Assembly (NCBI GenBank): GCA_028280485.1
Contig: JANQLS010000062.1
Location: 5,899 to 69,898, forward strand
Length of the DNA stretch: 64,000 nt
Reading direction: 5' to 3'
Origin: Planctomycetota bacterium
GTDB lineage: Bacteria > Planctomycetota > UBA8108 > JACQVS01
Shown: positions 20,903 to 30,043 of the stretch, in pieces
How positions within the stretch are numbered: position 1 is the first letter of the stretch
Layout of the letters: each line of letters starts with the position of its first letter
The notes under the pieces: generated by a model
What the model saw: only the letters and a program-made list of their open reading frames with translations
Databases searched by the model: none
Told to the model about the DNA's origin: nothing
Made by a program: the position numbers and the translations under genes

Positions 20903-20963
20903 TAACTAGCCCGAAGCGCTAGCGAGGGGAAATTTCCTCTCGCTAGCGCTTCGGGCTAGTTAA
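20903..20963. repeat. Palindromic element copy 4 (subfamily A, minimal form). Its arms ttaactagcccgaagcgctagcgagggg / cctctcgctagcgcttcgggctagttaa are separated by only 5 nt.
   Basis: A 61-bp near-perfect palindrome lying exactly between the convergent genes 19816..20868(+) and 21066..22436(-). It probably acts as a bidirectional terminator-like hairpin. Confidence 0.8.
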
Positions 20964-21065
20964 CAGGCTTTGATGTTTTGAATGGATTAAATGAAAAAAC
21001 GCCCTAAATGGTTAGAAACCTTCAGGGCGTTTTTAATCTACATAGAACCTTAGAACTCCGATCGA

Positions 21066-22436
21066 TCAGAATCTCATGATCTTACGTTTCCTAGTGTTCC
21101 AAATCTTGATCGTACCGTCTTGGCTACCACTGACAACGGTGTTGCCGTCGGGGGTATAAACCAACGACCAAATGGCACTTTCGTGGCCATCTAAACTTTT
21201 GACTTCTTTCCCGGAGCTGACTTCCCAAACTTTGATAAGTTTATCGTAGCTACCAGAAGCTAAGGATTGCCCGTCAGGACTGAATGCAACCGAAGTAACC
21301 CAGTTTTTATGACCAGCGATCTTCTTGATTTCTTTTTTCTCTGCGAGATTCCAAATACGGATCGTGCTGTCAGCTGAACCGGTGGCTAAGGTTTTTCCAT
21401 CGGAGGAAAGGCTCATACTGAAAATACCGTCTTCGTGACCCGCTAAGGCGCCAACTTCTTTCTTCTCAGCGACGTTCCAGATCTTAACTGTTTTGTCTTG
21501 GCTTCCACTGTAGAGCGTTTTGTCGTCTTTACTGAAGGCCAAGGATCTAACTGTCGCTTTATGCCCAGCCAAAGTGCCAATCTCTTTTTTAGCGGCGATA
21601 TCCCAAAGCTTGATCGTGGCATCTTCACTACCCGTCGCCAGGATTTTTCCGTTATTTGAAAACTGAACGTAGGTAATCCAGTTTTTGTGGCCGGCTAAGG
21701 TAGCGAGCTCTTTACCACTTTTTACATCGAAGACTTTAACTTCCTTCTTGTAGGAACCGGTGGCTATCTTAGTTCCGTCAGGGCTGAAGGCGACAGCCCA
21801 TACGAGGCTGGCTTGAGCAGGAAGTTGACCCACTTCTTTCCCAGTATTGATATCCCAAAGGGTTACATTTCCGGGGCGGAAGGGAAGAGACTGACCACCA
21901 CTGGCGGCCAAGATTCCAGAACCATTGGCTAAAGCTAAACCCGTAACGCGCTCGGCTTTTCCTTTGAGGCTAGCTTTGTAGGCTTTTGGTTTTTCAACTT
22001 TCTCAACTTTAGCGACTTCTGACCATGGAAGGCCTTGATCGATCCAAGCTCTCAACAAGCCGATTTCTTTATCGGTGAGGGGATCTCCACTCGGGGGCAT
22101 TTCGATATCTTCATCCAAGCCAGCTACGTACTTGATGAAGGGGCTCTCAGCACTTTTACCCAATACGATAGAACCACCGATTTCACCACTTTTGAGGGTA
22201 GCTTCCCGTGAATCGAGGCGGTAATCACTCTTTTGCTTCTTTTCGCCGTGACAGCGGATGCAAGCTTTTTTGAGGATCGGTTCGATATGCTCAGCGTAGT
22301 TGATCTTCACCTTCGCAGCAGGCGGAAGCTCGAGAGCAGAAGTAGAAGAAGGAGAAAGAATAACTGCGAGGAGTAGAGCGAAAGAACTCCACTTCAGGGA
22401 AGTGGATCGAAGGGTGTCTACAAAGTTGTGTTGCAT
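21066..22436 (-). CDS. Secreted Planctomycete cytochrome-C (PSCyt1) domain protein with WD40 repeats
   Basis: Signal peptide. CIRCHGEKKQKSDYRLDS heme motif. At least 6 WD40 units (GHKNWITYVQFSNNGKILATGSEDATIKLWD and others). Confidence 0.85.
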   Translation of the reverse strand: MQHNFVDTLRSTSLKWSSFALLLAVILSPSSTSALELPPAAKVKINYAEHIEPILKKACIRCHGEKKQKSDYRLDSREATLKSGEIGGSIVLGKSAESPFIKYVAGLDEDIEMPPSGDPLTDKEIGLLRAWIDQGLPWSEVAKVEKVEKPKAYKASLKGKAERVTGLALANGSGILAASGGQSLPFRPGNVTLWDINTGKEVGQLPAQASLVWAVAFSPDGTKIATGSYKKEVKVFDVKSGKELATLAGHKNWITYVQFSNNGKILATGSEDATIKLWDIAAKKEIGTLAGHKATVRSLAFSKDDKTLYSGSQDKTVKIWNVAEKKEVGALAGHEDGIFSMSLSSDGKTLATGSADSTIRIWNLAEKKEIKKIAGHKNWVTSVAFSPDGQSLASGSYDKLIKVWEVSSGKEVKSLDGHESAIWSLVYTPDGNTVVSGSQDGTIKIWNTRKRKIMRF

Positions 22437-22726
22437 TTGGAGATTCCTCTGTGGATCTTCGGGTAGCTTCGACGTAGCTAAAGTACAAATAACTCAACTT
22501 CTCATTTGAGAAGCCTTTGCGCATAGGACTCTTGAGTATCGTTCCAATCTTAATATCCTTTTAATCGGAACAGCAAGAGTCTGAGTTGACGATATATCAA
22601 CTGACTATTCTACTCTTTGAAGGCGTCTTATCGGAACCCCAAGATTGAAAAGTCTTTAAGATTTCTTGAGGATTTGAAGATCTCATTTGTCTAAACCGAG
22701 CTTTCGCGAGTAAGCTAAGATCAGTT

Positions 22727-23725
22727 ATGGACCCCTCTCAACGACCGAATCCCAACACTGATCCCGCCTCCGAGAGCCTTGAAGAGAACTCTGCCCCAAA
22801 TTCTCAAGGTCCCACGGAAGGCGCAAATTCCGCTTCTGAGAATGAAGAAGCCGGGGGGATCGATGATGCAAACCCTTTAATAGACAAGAATTCGAAGACT
22901 TCTCCAGCCTCTTTTGAAGATCTATTGGACGACGAAAACCACCCGCACGATACTTTTCAAATCGAGGACATCTCCGATTATGAATTCTTCGATTCTGAAG
23001 ATGAGCATGAAGAAGGGGAAGCACTTATAGAAATCCCCCTTTCGGAAGCCGCTGCGACATTTTTTCCCGGTATCGATGGCTTACTCAATAGTACCGATGA
23101 GCTCCCTCTGATCGAATTACCTCCGGGAGAAGATTTGGTCGCCATCGGAGGAGACCTCAGCCCCGAACGTCTTCTCCAACATTACTCCAATGGCTTATTT
23201 CCTTGGTTTGAAGACAACTCCCCGATTTTGTGGTGGTCCCCGGATCCCCGCGCGATCCTGCCCCTCGACGGAGTCCATATCTCTAAGAGCCTCAAAAAAA
23301 CTTTGCGCCAAAAAAAGTTCAAAGTCACCATCGATCAGGCTTTTTTCGAGGTCATCCGCGGCTGCCAGGTCGCTCGCCGGGACGGAACTTGGATCACCGA
23401 GTCGATGATTCAAGCCTACTGCGAAATGCACCGCCTCGGATTCGCCCACTCGGTAGAAGTCTGGCAAGACGGAAAATTGGTGGGAGGGATCTACGGGATC
23501 GCATTGGGGGGATTTTTCGCAGGTGAATCGATGTTTTATAAAGTCAGTAACGCTTCAAAAATAGCCCTGATCGGTTTAGTGGATCATCTGAATGCCCAGG
23601 GCTTTGAACTCTTCGATCTCCAAATTATCAACGACCACACCCAAAGCATGGGGGGTATCGAGATCCCCAAGGCAAAATACTTCGATCTTTTACACAGCGC
23701 CCTCAGCTCACAAGTCAAATTCTAA
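22727..23725 (+). CDS. aat: leucyl/phenylalanyl-tRNA--protein transferase with ~130-aa acidic N-terminal extension
   Basis: C-terminal 200 aa: LLQHYSNGLFPWFEDNSPILWWSPDPRAILPL...GESMFYKVSNASKIALIGLVDHL. The N-terminal D/E-rich low-complexity region is not found in typical Aat proteins. Confidence 0.8.
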   Translation: MDPSQRPNPNTDPASESLEENSAPNSQGPTEGANSASENEEAGGIDDANPLIDKNSKTSPASFEDLLDDENHPHDTFQIEDISDYEFFDSEDEHEEGEALIEIPLSEAAATFFPGIDGLLNSTDELPLIELPPGEDLVAIGGDLSPERLLQHYSNGLFPWFEDNSPILWWSPDPRAILPLDGVHISKSLKKTLRQKKFKVTIDQAFFEVIRGCQVARRDGTWITESMIQAYCEMHRLGFAHSVEVWQDGKLVGGIYGIALGGFFAGESMFYKVSNASKIALIGLVDHLNAQGFELFDLQIINDHTQSMGGIEIPKAKYFDLLHSALSSQVKF

Positions 23726-24060
23726 TAAGCCCTTCAGTCAAATCCCCACCCTGATTAACAGCCACTTTTCAACATCTTTTTCAGAGTTAATAACTAGTTA
23801 AAAACCACATTTTCGAGAGTGTTGATATTTCGGCCAAAATTCCGTAAGGTGTTCGGCTTCAAAATATTGTCCGAATGTAACAACTCAGGTACCCAGGCTT
23901 AAGCCACTATTCTTTGCCGGAACGCTCGGGAGGAGAATGGGGGAAAAGTCTCGCTCTAGAGTTACATTTCTTACATGGAGTGGGGGATAGGTGTGCATCA
24001 CACAATCACTCCAATCGATTAATCTTACCTTTGAACGTCAACGTTTCAGGAGGAGAGTTC

Positions 24061-25644
24061 ATGGATAATGGCGCCAATGCCGGTTCCGGAATCGGAGCTA
24101 AGGAAAAGTGGCTCTTTTGGGGTTGTTTTATTTCACTCATTACAACTGCGTTTGGTTTTATGATAAGAGCCGACCTCATCTTAACTGGGGTTTGGACTGC
24201 AGAATTTAACCTATCTCAAACAGAATCAGGGCAAATCTTCGGAGTAGGTCTCTGGCCGTTTGCTATCAGTATCATTCTCTTCAGCCTTATTATCGATAAG
24301 ATCGGTTATGGTTGGGCGATGGTCTTTGCCTTTATCTGTCACATACTCTCCGCTGTACTGACAATTATGGCAGATAGTTATTCGGGGCTCTATTGGGCAA
24401 CTTTCATCGTTGCATTAGGGAATGGAACAATCGAAGCGGTGATCAACCCCGTTGTTGCTACGCTATTCAACAAAGAAAAAACAAAGTGGCTGAATATCCT
24501 TCATGCGGGTTGGCCCGGCGGATTGGTTTTGGCTGGTTTTATCATGTTGGCTATGGGAGAAGGCGTAGACTGGCGTTGGAAAGTGGGTAGTATTATTGTC
24601 CCAGCAGTCGTATACGGCGTAATGCTAGCAGGAAGAAAATTCCCGATTAACGAAAGGGTCGAGGCTGGAATTTCCTATCGAGAAATGTGCAGCGAAGTTG
24701 GCTCTTTAGGAGCCCTCATCTTGGTCTTCCTAATCGTAACTGAACTCACGAATGTTTTCTTCGGCGCGACTTTTCAAGAAAATCAATGGAGTCCTTGGGC
24801 AATAAGAGGTCTAAACCTTGGTATTTCTATTGTCGTCTGTATTCCGTATGCAGCCTTCGTAAAGGGCGCGATCGGAAGGTGGATGTTCATTTTCTTGATG
24901 CTCATCATGATTCCCTTGGCAACTACGGAATTGGGAACAGATAGTTGGATTGGTGATCTAATGAACCCAGAGATGCAAAAATTAGGTCTCTCTGGTCTGT
25001 GGGTTTTGATCTACACCTCAGCCATCATGATGATCTTGCGTTTCTTTGCAGGACCGATCGTCCACAGACTTTCTCCATTAGGGTTACTAGCAATCAGCTC
25101 CCTGATCGCAGCAGCTGGATTGATCTTCTTATCAAAAGCTTCTGGATTCAGCATCCTTATCGCTGCAACCCTCTACGGATTCGGAAAGACATTCTTCTGG
25201 CCCACGATGCTCGGAGTAGTCGCCGAACAGTCACCCAAGGGTGGAGCACTATCTCTTAATGCTATCGGTGGAATGGGTATGTTAAGCGTAGGGATCATCG
25301 GAGCCGCTCTTCTTGGAAATATTCAAGATAAACAGGTGGATAAAGAGCTTAAAAGCGCGAATGAAGCCCTCCACGCAAAAGTTGTGGGGGACAGCAAGAT
25401 GTCGGTTTTTGGTTCTTACCAATCAGTTGAACCTAAAAAGCTAGAAACTGTAACCGCCGATGAAAAGAAAGAGATTGAAGGGATTCAAGGGAAGGCCAAA
25501 AAGAGCGCCCTTATGACCGTTGCAATCCTTCCTATCATCATGTTGGTTTGCTACATCCTCATGATCTTCTACTTCAAGTCGAAGGGTGGATACAAAGCCA
25601 TCGAACTCTCAACCGGTGGTGGAGGAGATTCAGGAGGTCACTAA
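24061..25644 (+). CDS. MFS-type membrane transporter (about 12 TM)
   Basis: The ORF track begins at 23914. The internal ATG at 24061 has an AGGAGG RBS (caggaggagagttcATG). The protein is hydrophobic throughout and has a C-terminal GGGDSGGH tail. Confidence 0.65.
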   Translation: MDNGANAGSGIGAKEKWLFWGCFISLITTAFGFMIRADLILTGVWTAEFNLSQTESGQIFGVGLWPFAISIILFSLIIDKIGYGWAMVFAFICHILSAVLTIMADSYSGLYWATFIVALGNGTIEAVINPVVATLFNKEKTKWLNILHAGWPGGLVLAGFIMLAMGEGVDWRWKVGSIIVPAVVYGVMLAGRKFPINERVEAGISYREMCSEVGSLGALILVFLIVTELTNVFFGATFQENQWSPWAIRGLNLGISIVVCIPYAAFVKGAIGRWMFIFLMLIMIPLATTELGTDSWIGDLMNPEMQKLGLSGLWVLIYTSAIMMILRFFAGPIVHRLSPLGLLAISSLIAAAGLIFLSKASGFSILIAATLYGFGKTFFWPTMLGVVAEQSPKGGALSLNAIGGMGMLSVGIIGAALLGNIQDKQVDKELKSANEALHAKVVGDSKMSVFGSYQSVEPKKLETVTADEKKEIEGIQGKAKKSALMTVAILPIIMLVCYILMIFYFKSKGGYKAIELSTGGGGDSGGH

Positions 25645-25680
25645 TCCTTCCTTCTGAACCTTACTACTAAAAACAAAAAA

Positions 25681-25717
25681 GGCGACTCTCTTCGAGAGTC
25701 GCCTTTTTTGTTGGTTT
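25681..25717 (+). terminator. Rho-independent terminator
   Basis: ggcgactctcttcgagagtcgcc hairpin followed by a TTTTTTGTTGG run, 35 nt after the transporter stop codon. Confidence 0.8.
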
Positions 25718-25976
25718 CAAGTTCACCCCCGTAGGGGCAGGGCCCATTAACGGCTAACGCCAAGAAAGGGCCTGCCCGATTCCTTGATAGCCGAATTCAA
25801 TCCCCAAACATTTCATAATGCTCGGGAAACGGGCGCCCACGAGGGGTACCCGTAGCCGAACTTGTCAAAGTTTGGCTGAATACGTTAGCTGGCCAAATTT
25901 TTACAAATTCGGCTACTACGAAAGACATTGATTTTAAGTTAATTCACAAGGACGGTTGTGGAGTTTAAGCAATCCA

Positions 25977-26119
25977 TTAATGAGCCCGGAGCGTAAGCGA
26001 CGGGATCCGTCATCGTGATAAATTCACATTAGACATTTTTTAGGTGAGCTAAGGAGTTTACTATCCAACCGCGAAATACTCTAGCAAAGTCCCGTCGCTC
26101 ACGCTCCGGGCTAGCTAAT
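25977..26119. repeat. Palindromic element copy 5 (subfamily B). Its arms are attaatgagcccggagcgtaagcgacggga / tcccgtcgctcacgctccgggctagctaat.
   Basis: It lies between the convergent transporter(+) and metX(-) genes and has a unique ~85-bp centre. Confidence 0.8.
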
Positions 26120-26127
26120 AACAGTGC

Positions 26128-27243
26128 TTATTTCCGCTTGAAATACTCCAAACCATCCCTCAACGCCACATTGATCTTCTCAGTCTCGATCAAAAAGGCA
26201 TCGTGACCGTGGATACTTTCGATGCAAGTGTGGCGAACGGGGCGTCCCGCTTCGTAGAGGATTTTGCGAACTTCTTCTACTTGATAAGGAGGGCAAAGAA
26301 TATCGGAGGAAAAGGAGATGAGCTCTAAGGGACTCTCGATCCTTAATACGCCTTCTTCGTAACTTTCACAATCACCGGTCAGGTCGTGAAGATCCATTGC
26401 GCGGGAGTAATTGAGGTAAGTATTGGCATCGAAACGCCCGACAAACTTTTGGCCTTGATAGCTCAGGTAACTCTGAACTTGATAGCTCCCGCGACTGAAA
26501 TGAAGATCGGGGTCTTTAACGTCTCGCTGAAATCGCTGAGTAAACTCTTCATCGCTTCGATAAGTGATCATGCCGATCTGACGAGCTAAACTCAATCCCT
26601 TTTGAGGGGGATTGGCGGGGGAGTATCGTCCTTCATTCCAGTTGGGATCATCCATGATGGCTTGACGCTGAACGTGCCTCAACGCGATGGTTTGAGGAAA
26701 GGATCTCCCCGGCGCGCCCAGACTGATGGCTCGTTGAACTTCAGCGGGATACTTCGCCGCCCACTCCATCGCGATCATGCCTCCCATCGATCCTCCGATG
26801 AGCTGAATAGGACCTGTCTTATCCGGCCCCAAACCGATACCGCGAAGGAACAATCGAATAGATTCGATCAGATCACCGAGGACGAGTTGAGGAAAATCAG
26901 CTGAATAGGGTTGGGCAGTTTCAGGGTGGACTGAGATGGGTCCCGTCGAACCGTAACACCCTCCTAAGAGGTTGGGGCAGATCACCAAGTGACGGTCGTA
27001 ACCGAGGGGAGCCTCGGGAACAAATAGGTCTTCCCACCAGCCTTTCTCTTCCTCTCCCTCGCGACTAACGACTCGACTCAATCCGCTGAGTGCATGAAGA
27101 ACGAGAACAACATTCCCACCTCCCTCAGCGAGCTCTCCCCACGATTCATACGCGAGATGAAAGCCCGGTAAGGTCTCTCCTGAACTCAGTTCAAAAACGG
27201 AGTCGTAATTCCAGGTTTTCCAAGTGGGAGGTATAGGATTCAC
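26128..27243 (-). CDS. metX: homoserine O-acetyltransferase
   Basis: 371 aa alpha/beta hydrolase with VVLVLHALSG and IGGSMGGMIAMEWA nucleophile-elbow motifs and MetX-type overall length. Confidence 0.8.
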   Translation of the reverse strand: MNPIPPTWKTWNYDSVFELSSGETLPGFHLAYESWGELAEGGGNVVLVLHALSGLSRVVSREGEEEKGWWEDLFVPEAPLGYDRHLVICPNLLGGCYGSTGPISVHPETAQPYSADFPQLVLGDLIESIRLFLRGIGLGPDKTGPIQLIGGSMGGMIAMEWAAKYPAEVQRAISLGAPGRSFPQTIALRHVQRQAIMDDPNWNEGRYSPANPPQKGLSLARQIGMITYRSDEEFTQRFQRDVKDPDLHFSRGSYQVQSYLSYQGQKFVGRFDANTYLNYSRAMDLHDLTGDCESYEEGVLRIESPLELISFSSDILCPPYQVEEVRKILYEAGRPVRHTCIESIHGHDAFLIETEKINVALRDGLEYFKRK

Positions 27244-27607
27244 AGTGTTCGATTTTATCAGGCGGTTTTATCTTACTGAGGTTCATCGGGATGAGCTTGA
27301 TCAAGGGCTTCTCCTGGGGAGGGATGAATTCCCCGGCCCGATGAGCCAAACCCTGAATCATACCATTGTTGAAACCGATCAAAACAGTAAATTACCGCCG
27401 GTAATTCGGGTTCTTTGGCCGTTCTGTAATTTGATGCTATCCTTCTATAGCGGAAAATTTAGATTTTTATTCGGGTGAAATCTCATGGCAATAGCAAAGC
27501 GACCTCAGACTGATCATGAGGATTGAACTCAACCTTCCGCCTAAGTTCCTGTCCAATTAAATTTATCGGAGCATAAGGCTAAACTGCCCAAATCATTCAG
27601 AGCGATC

Positions 27608-28087
27608 ATGACAAGATCTTTACGATCCTTCACTCACAACTCCGGTTTCAAATTCGATAGATTCTGTCTTGTCGGTGGATTTACTCTGTTGGAACTGATG
27701 ATTGTGGTCGCCGTCATCGCCATCGTAGCCGCAGTGGCTCTCCCGAGCTTAACCAATGCGCGAATGGCCGCGAATGAGTCTTCAACTCTGCAAACGCTCC
27801 GTACTCTGGTTTCAGCTAACGAGCAGTATCGAACTCGCTTTGGTGGCTTTGCCGATTCCCTAGCCAACATCGAAAGTGCTGGTTATACAGACGCCGGCTT
27901 TAGTTCTGGAAACTCAAAATCAGGGTATACATTCAGTTATACCGGAACTCGCTGGGCCTACTCGATCAACTCGAATCCTACCACTCACAATTCGAGCGGG
28001 CGACGCTACTTCTTCGTGGATGAATCAGGAGTCATCCGCGCCGATGAATCAGCTCAAGCAACGACCACCAGCCCTCCCATCGAATAA
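27608..28087 (+). CDS. Prepilin-type N-terminal cleavage/methylation domain protein (type IV pilin / T2SS pseudopilin-like)
   Basis: G^FTLLELMIVVAVIAIVAAVALPSL class-III signal motif. The leader is unusually long, with 24 residues before the Gly. Confidence 0.7.
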   Translation: MTRSLRSFTHNSGFKFDRFCLVGGFTLLELMIVVAVIAIVAAVALPSLTNARMAANESSTLQTLRTLVSANEQYRTRFGGFADSLANIESAGYTDAGFSSGNSKSGYTFSYTGTRWAYSINSNPTTHNSSGRRYFFVDESGVIRADESAQATTTSPPIE

Positions 28088-28332
28088 TCCCACTGAGTAA
28101 TTTTCCCAACATTTCACCCCCCTCCGAAGCCTGAATCCTCACCTTAAATAGCCGGCCATCGGATCAGCTCCCATCTTGATAAAGATATTCCTTTTCCTTC
28201 ATTGATTCTCTGAGAATCCTAGGTTCGATTCGTTTATACTCTATCGCTTGTGCCCATCGTTCGGCGGGCAATCATCAAGCAGCTTGGACCATCTGGCTCA
28301 ATCGACCCCGGTCAACTCGGAGAATAGCGTAC

Positions 28333-29160
28333 ATGCCTTCAAATTCGCAGGGTGAATTCGAACAGATCAACGGCGCGTGGATCCATCCTGGAGCCAAGAT
28401 CGGAGAAAATGTCAGCATCGGACTGGGAGCCATCATCCACGACCAGGTCACCATCGGAGATGACTGCTTCATCGGTGAGTATGCCATCATCAAAGGGCCG
28501 ACCGTCATCGGTAGTAAAAACAAAATCTACTCTCACGCCGTGATCGGCGAAGCCCCTCAAGACCTCAGCTATCAAGGTGAACCCACGCGACTTGAAATTG
28601 GGGACAACAACGTCATTCGAGAACACGTCACCATCAATCGAGGATCCGTTAAGGGCGGGGGGCTCACCAAGGTGGGAAGTCATAACTTTTTAATGATCGC
28701 TTCTCATATCGCTCACGACGTTCAGATGGGAAACCACGTTATCATCGCCAATGCTGTATTGATCGCCGGTCATTGCCACGTTCAAGACTACGTCAACATG
28801 TCGGGTGGGGTAGCCATCGGTCAATTTATTACGGTGGGAAGACACGCATTTTTGGGAGGTATGACGGCTTCTTCCAAAGACATCGAACCCTTCATGATTC
28901 ATTCAGGCCATCCAGCCTCGCCTAAGGGAGTCAATAAAATCGGCTTGCAACGAGCGGGTGTCGATGAAGATGCGATTCAAGCTTTGAAAGTAGCGCACCG
29001 AAAGATATTTGCCGCAAAAGAAAGGCCGGTCAGCCTTCCTAAGGTGAAAGAAGAGATGACAGAGAGGGGCATGCTCACCCCGAGAGTCCAAGAACTATTC
29101 GATTTCATCGATCGATCACGAAACGGCAAATTCGGCCGGATGATTCAAACGAAAGAGTGA
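28333..29160 (+). CDS. lpxA: UDP-N-acetylglucosamine O-acyltransferase
   Basis: Left-handed beta-helix hexapeptide repeats (AWIHPGAKIGENVSIGLGAIIHDQVTIGDDCFIGEYAIIKG...) and LpxA-like length with a C-terminal helical domain. Confidence 0.8.
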   Translation: MPSNSQGEFEQINGAWIHPGAKIGENVSIGLGAIIHDQVTIGDDCFIGEYAIIKGPTVIGSKNKIYSHAVIGEAPQDLSYQGEPTRLEIGDNNVIREHVTINRGSVKGGGLTKVGSHNFLMIASHIAHDVQMGNHVIIANAVLIAGHCHVQDYVNMSGGVAIGQFITVGRHAFLGGMTASSKDIEPFMIHSGHPASPKGVNKIGLQRAGVDEDAIQALKVAHRKIFAAKERPVSLPKVKEEMTERGMLTPRVQELFDFIDRSRNGKFGRMIQTKE

Positions 29161-29239
29161 GCGAAAGAACGTTCAACATCGAAATCAAAGGCTCGCCGAA
29201 CCTTAAACACCTTTTACGCCAGGGAAGCCCGAACCTTTA

Positions 29240-29442
29240 GGGAGTGCGTTAGCCGAAGGCTAACTTGCACGATGGAGCGAAGCGACCATTATTACTGCGG
29301 GAGTGCGTTAGCCGAAGGCTAACTTGCACGATAGAGCGAAGCGACCATTATTACTGCGGGAGTGCGTTAGCCGAAGGCTAACTTGCACGGAGCAACGCGA
29401 CCATTGGTACTGCGGAGCGAAGCGACCATTATTACTTCTGCG
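29240..29442. repeat. Tandem array of a 59-bp unit, about 3.5 copies (gggagtgcgttagccgaaggctaacttgcacgatggagcgaagcgaccattattactgcg)
   Basis: Copies begin at 29240, 29299 and 29358 (period 59), followed by a degenerate partial copy. Each unit has a gttagcc-GAAG-ggctaac hairpin. The last unit overlaps the stop codon of the minus-strand gene 29432..30043. Confidence 0.85.
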
Positions 29443-30043
29443 GTTCCCACAACGTCTCATCTTTGCCGTCAATCTTTGAAGCTTGCCTAGCTGCAACGAA
29501 GAGGAAATCCGAAACGCGATTGATAAACTTTAATGCCTCTTCGCTTAAAGCCTCTTCTCGATGAACTTTAAGGGCTAATATTTCGGCTCGTCGCGCCACC
29601 GTTCGACTGTGATGAAGTCTCGCCGCTAACTCACCTCCACCCGGCAATACAAAACTTTTAAGCTCGGGTAAATCAGGCTGCCAACGATCCATGCCCTTTT
29701 CTAATCGTTCGACATCCGAAGCGCTCACTGTAGGCATGCCTTCGGTAAATTGTTGAGGGGGAGTTGCGAGATAAGCTCCGAGATCGAAGAGCTTGTTTTG
29801 CAACCAAAAGAGCTCGAACTCTAAGAACTGAAGCTCATCGCGGGGAGAAGACTTCGATTCAGAATCTGAATTTTGAACTCTTTCGAGTTCCATTCGAGCC
29901 AGCCCCAAGGTCGAGTTCAACTCATCGAGACAGCCGAAGGCTTCGATTCGAAGAGTATCTTTAGGAACTCGTTTTCCACCCACCAAAGAGGTCTCACCTC
30001 CATCCCCGGTTTTGGTATAAACCTTATTGATCCTGATGCTCAT
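29432..30043 (-). CDS. PduO-type ATP:cob(I)alamin adenosyltransferase
   Basis: 203 aa beginning MSIRINKVYTKTGDGGETSLVGGKRVPKDTLRIEAFGCLDELNS, the hallmark N-terminus of PduO/MMAB-type adenosyltransferases. Confidence 0.85.
   Translation of the reverse strand: MSIRINKVYTKTGDGGETSLVGGKRVPKDTLRIEAFGCLDELNSTLGLARMELERVQNSDSESKSSPRDELQFLEFELFWLQNKLFDLGAYLATPPQQFTEGMPTVSASDVERLEKGMDRWQPDLPELKSFVLPGGGELAARLHHSRTVARRAEILALKVHREEALSEEALKFINRVSDFLFVAARQASKIDGKDETLWEPQK

Noticed and set aside
23914-24060. N-terminal 49 codons of the transporter ORF as listed in the track
   Set aside because: The internal ATG at 24061 has a strong AGGAGG Shine-Dalgarno sequence and the upstream segment is hydrophilic with no RBS. 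It is probably 5' UTR.
29240-29442. Possible CRISPR array
   Set aside because: The 59-bp units are directly contiguous with no unique spacers, and only about 3.5 copies are present. This is a tandem repeat, not repeat-spacer architecture. No cas genes were seen.
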